A stretch of 63,612 nt of DNA, the filler included, from Phoronis australis (taxonomy: Eukaryota; Animalia; Phoronida), in the NCBI GenBank assembly GCA_002633005.1. It is 7 parts of 7 records of this genome, joined end to end, with 100 filler letters (N's around TTAATTAATTAA, not from the genome) between each part and the next. Parts side by side here need not be neighbours in the genome. Positions count along the whole stretch, not along the records: positions 62,417 to 63,612 come from NMRA01000986.1; 6 more parts are not named here. One strand, given 5' to 3'. Shown here piece after piece: positions 62,417 through 63,612 of this stretch (within the stretch, counting starts at the first letter, position 1; each line of letters begins with the position of its first letter). The position numbers and the translations under genes were made by a program. Under the pieces are notes generated by a model. It was not told where the DNA came from and searched no databases. It worked only from the letters and a program-made list of their open reading frames with translations.

Positions 62417-63612
62417 TCTAAATCTGAGTGAATAATCCATAGTTCCTTTCAAATAGCGTAACACCTGTTTCAATTTAATCATGTCAGCCTCAGTTGGCTC
62501 TGACAGTTTCTGAGATAATTTTGTCACAACAAAACATAAGTCTGGTCTTGTACACGTCATTGCATAAATCAAACTTCCCACTATTTCACGATACATTGTT
62601 TTGTCTACTACTGCTACGTCATTGCACGCTTGAGTAACATCTTGTTCACAAGGAGTCGATCTGGGTTTACAATCTGTCATCCCAAATTTATCTAACAGTT
62701 TTCTCAAATACTTCCTCTGACTCATATCAATTTCGCCTTGTTTGTGCTCAAACTCTATTCCAAGAAAATAGGCAGTTTTACCAAGATCTTTCATCTTAAA
62801 CTTATTACATAACATCTGCTTGGTATTTCTGAGTAACACCTCATCACTTGCCACGATTATTATCTCATCGACCCAAATCAACAGCAATGTCATGGATCCC
62901 TTTGGATCAAAACTAGTAAACATACACGGGTCAACTTCGTCCTGTTTATACCCCATCTCAATAAGATAATTTCTGAGAACGTAATTCCAATTCCGGCCAC
63001 TTTGCTTCAAGCCATACAGTGACTTGGTTAGTTTCCAAACAAGTTTTTCACCAGTTTCTGATACTTCCTCAAAACCTTGTGGTTGTGTCATATAAATTTC
63101 GCAATCAATCGGTGCATTTAAATAGGCCGTTTTCACATCCATTTGATGTACATGTAAGTCGTTCTCAACAGCTAATTGAATTACTGCCCTAATAGTACTC
63201 AATTTCACAGTTGGAGCATATGTATCATAGTAATCTCTTCCAGGAATTTGGCTATAGCCTTTTGCCACAAATCTCGCCTTGTGAGTTATATTTCCCTTGC
63301 TATCTTCCTTAATGGCAAACACCCATCTGCCGCCAACAATATCATTGCGTCCCTCAGGCAGTTTGGTCAATGTAAATGTATCATTCTCCCTTAATGAGTC
63401 CATTTCGTCATTCATGGCCTTTTCCCAAAATTCTGATTCATTTGAATTCATTGCCTCCTCATACGTTTGAGGAATTCCCATAATTTTGTAGCAATAATCA
63501 ATATTTCCGGCCACATAATCATTCAAATAACTTGGGGGTCTTCTTTCTCTGAGAGGATATCTTCTCTGACCACCCTCAGTTGCGTCATTATTCTCATTTG
63601 ACTCATTCTTTA
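62417..63612 (-). mobile_element. Copia/Ty1 pol (RT domain), uninterrupted frame across the whole contig
   Basis: PQTYEEAM, KARFVAKGYSQ, QMDVKTAYLN, KSLYGLKQSGRNW, MKDLG..YFLG, YREIVGSLIY..TRPD, LRYLKGT. Confidence 0.97.

Overview
AT-rich, repeat-dense animal (invertebrate-type) nuclear DNA. Six 100-nt spacers (44 N + TTAATTAATTAA + 44 N) show that it is seven contigs stitched together, so adjacency across those spacers cannot be trusted. Three spliced host genes, largely missed by the ORF track, lie on the minus strand. (1) A complete COX17 copper chaperone CDS (28777-28647 + 22359-22275, 71 aa). (2) Three consecutive exons of the mitochondrial presequence protease PITRM1 (37280-37184, 32384-32224, 31567-31441); the acceptor of the middle exon has been amplified into a 7-copy minisatellite. 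(3) The best candidate for something undescribed: a secreted low-complexity protein with a signal-peptide exon (58505-58436), N-sequon-dense Ser/Thr/Asn exons and at least 12 tandem 54-nt phase-1 microexons (consensus A[L/S]SSSAAGSSVGAGSSSA), each in its own ~0.5-0.77 kb exon+intron unit and varying mostly at synonymous sites. The rest is transposon debris: an internally deleted Kolobok (THAP transposase plus convergent Cys-rich accessory gene), a Sola-like element, L1/Tx1, CR1, Gypsy, BEL and Copia fragments, several MITE families, minisatellites and a cluster of 39-bp hairpins in a (TA)n tract. Homology calls come from recognising protein motifs by eye, not from database searches.
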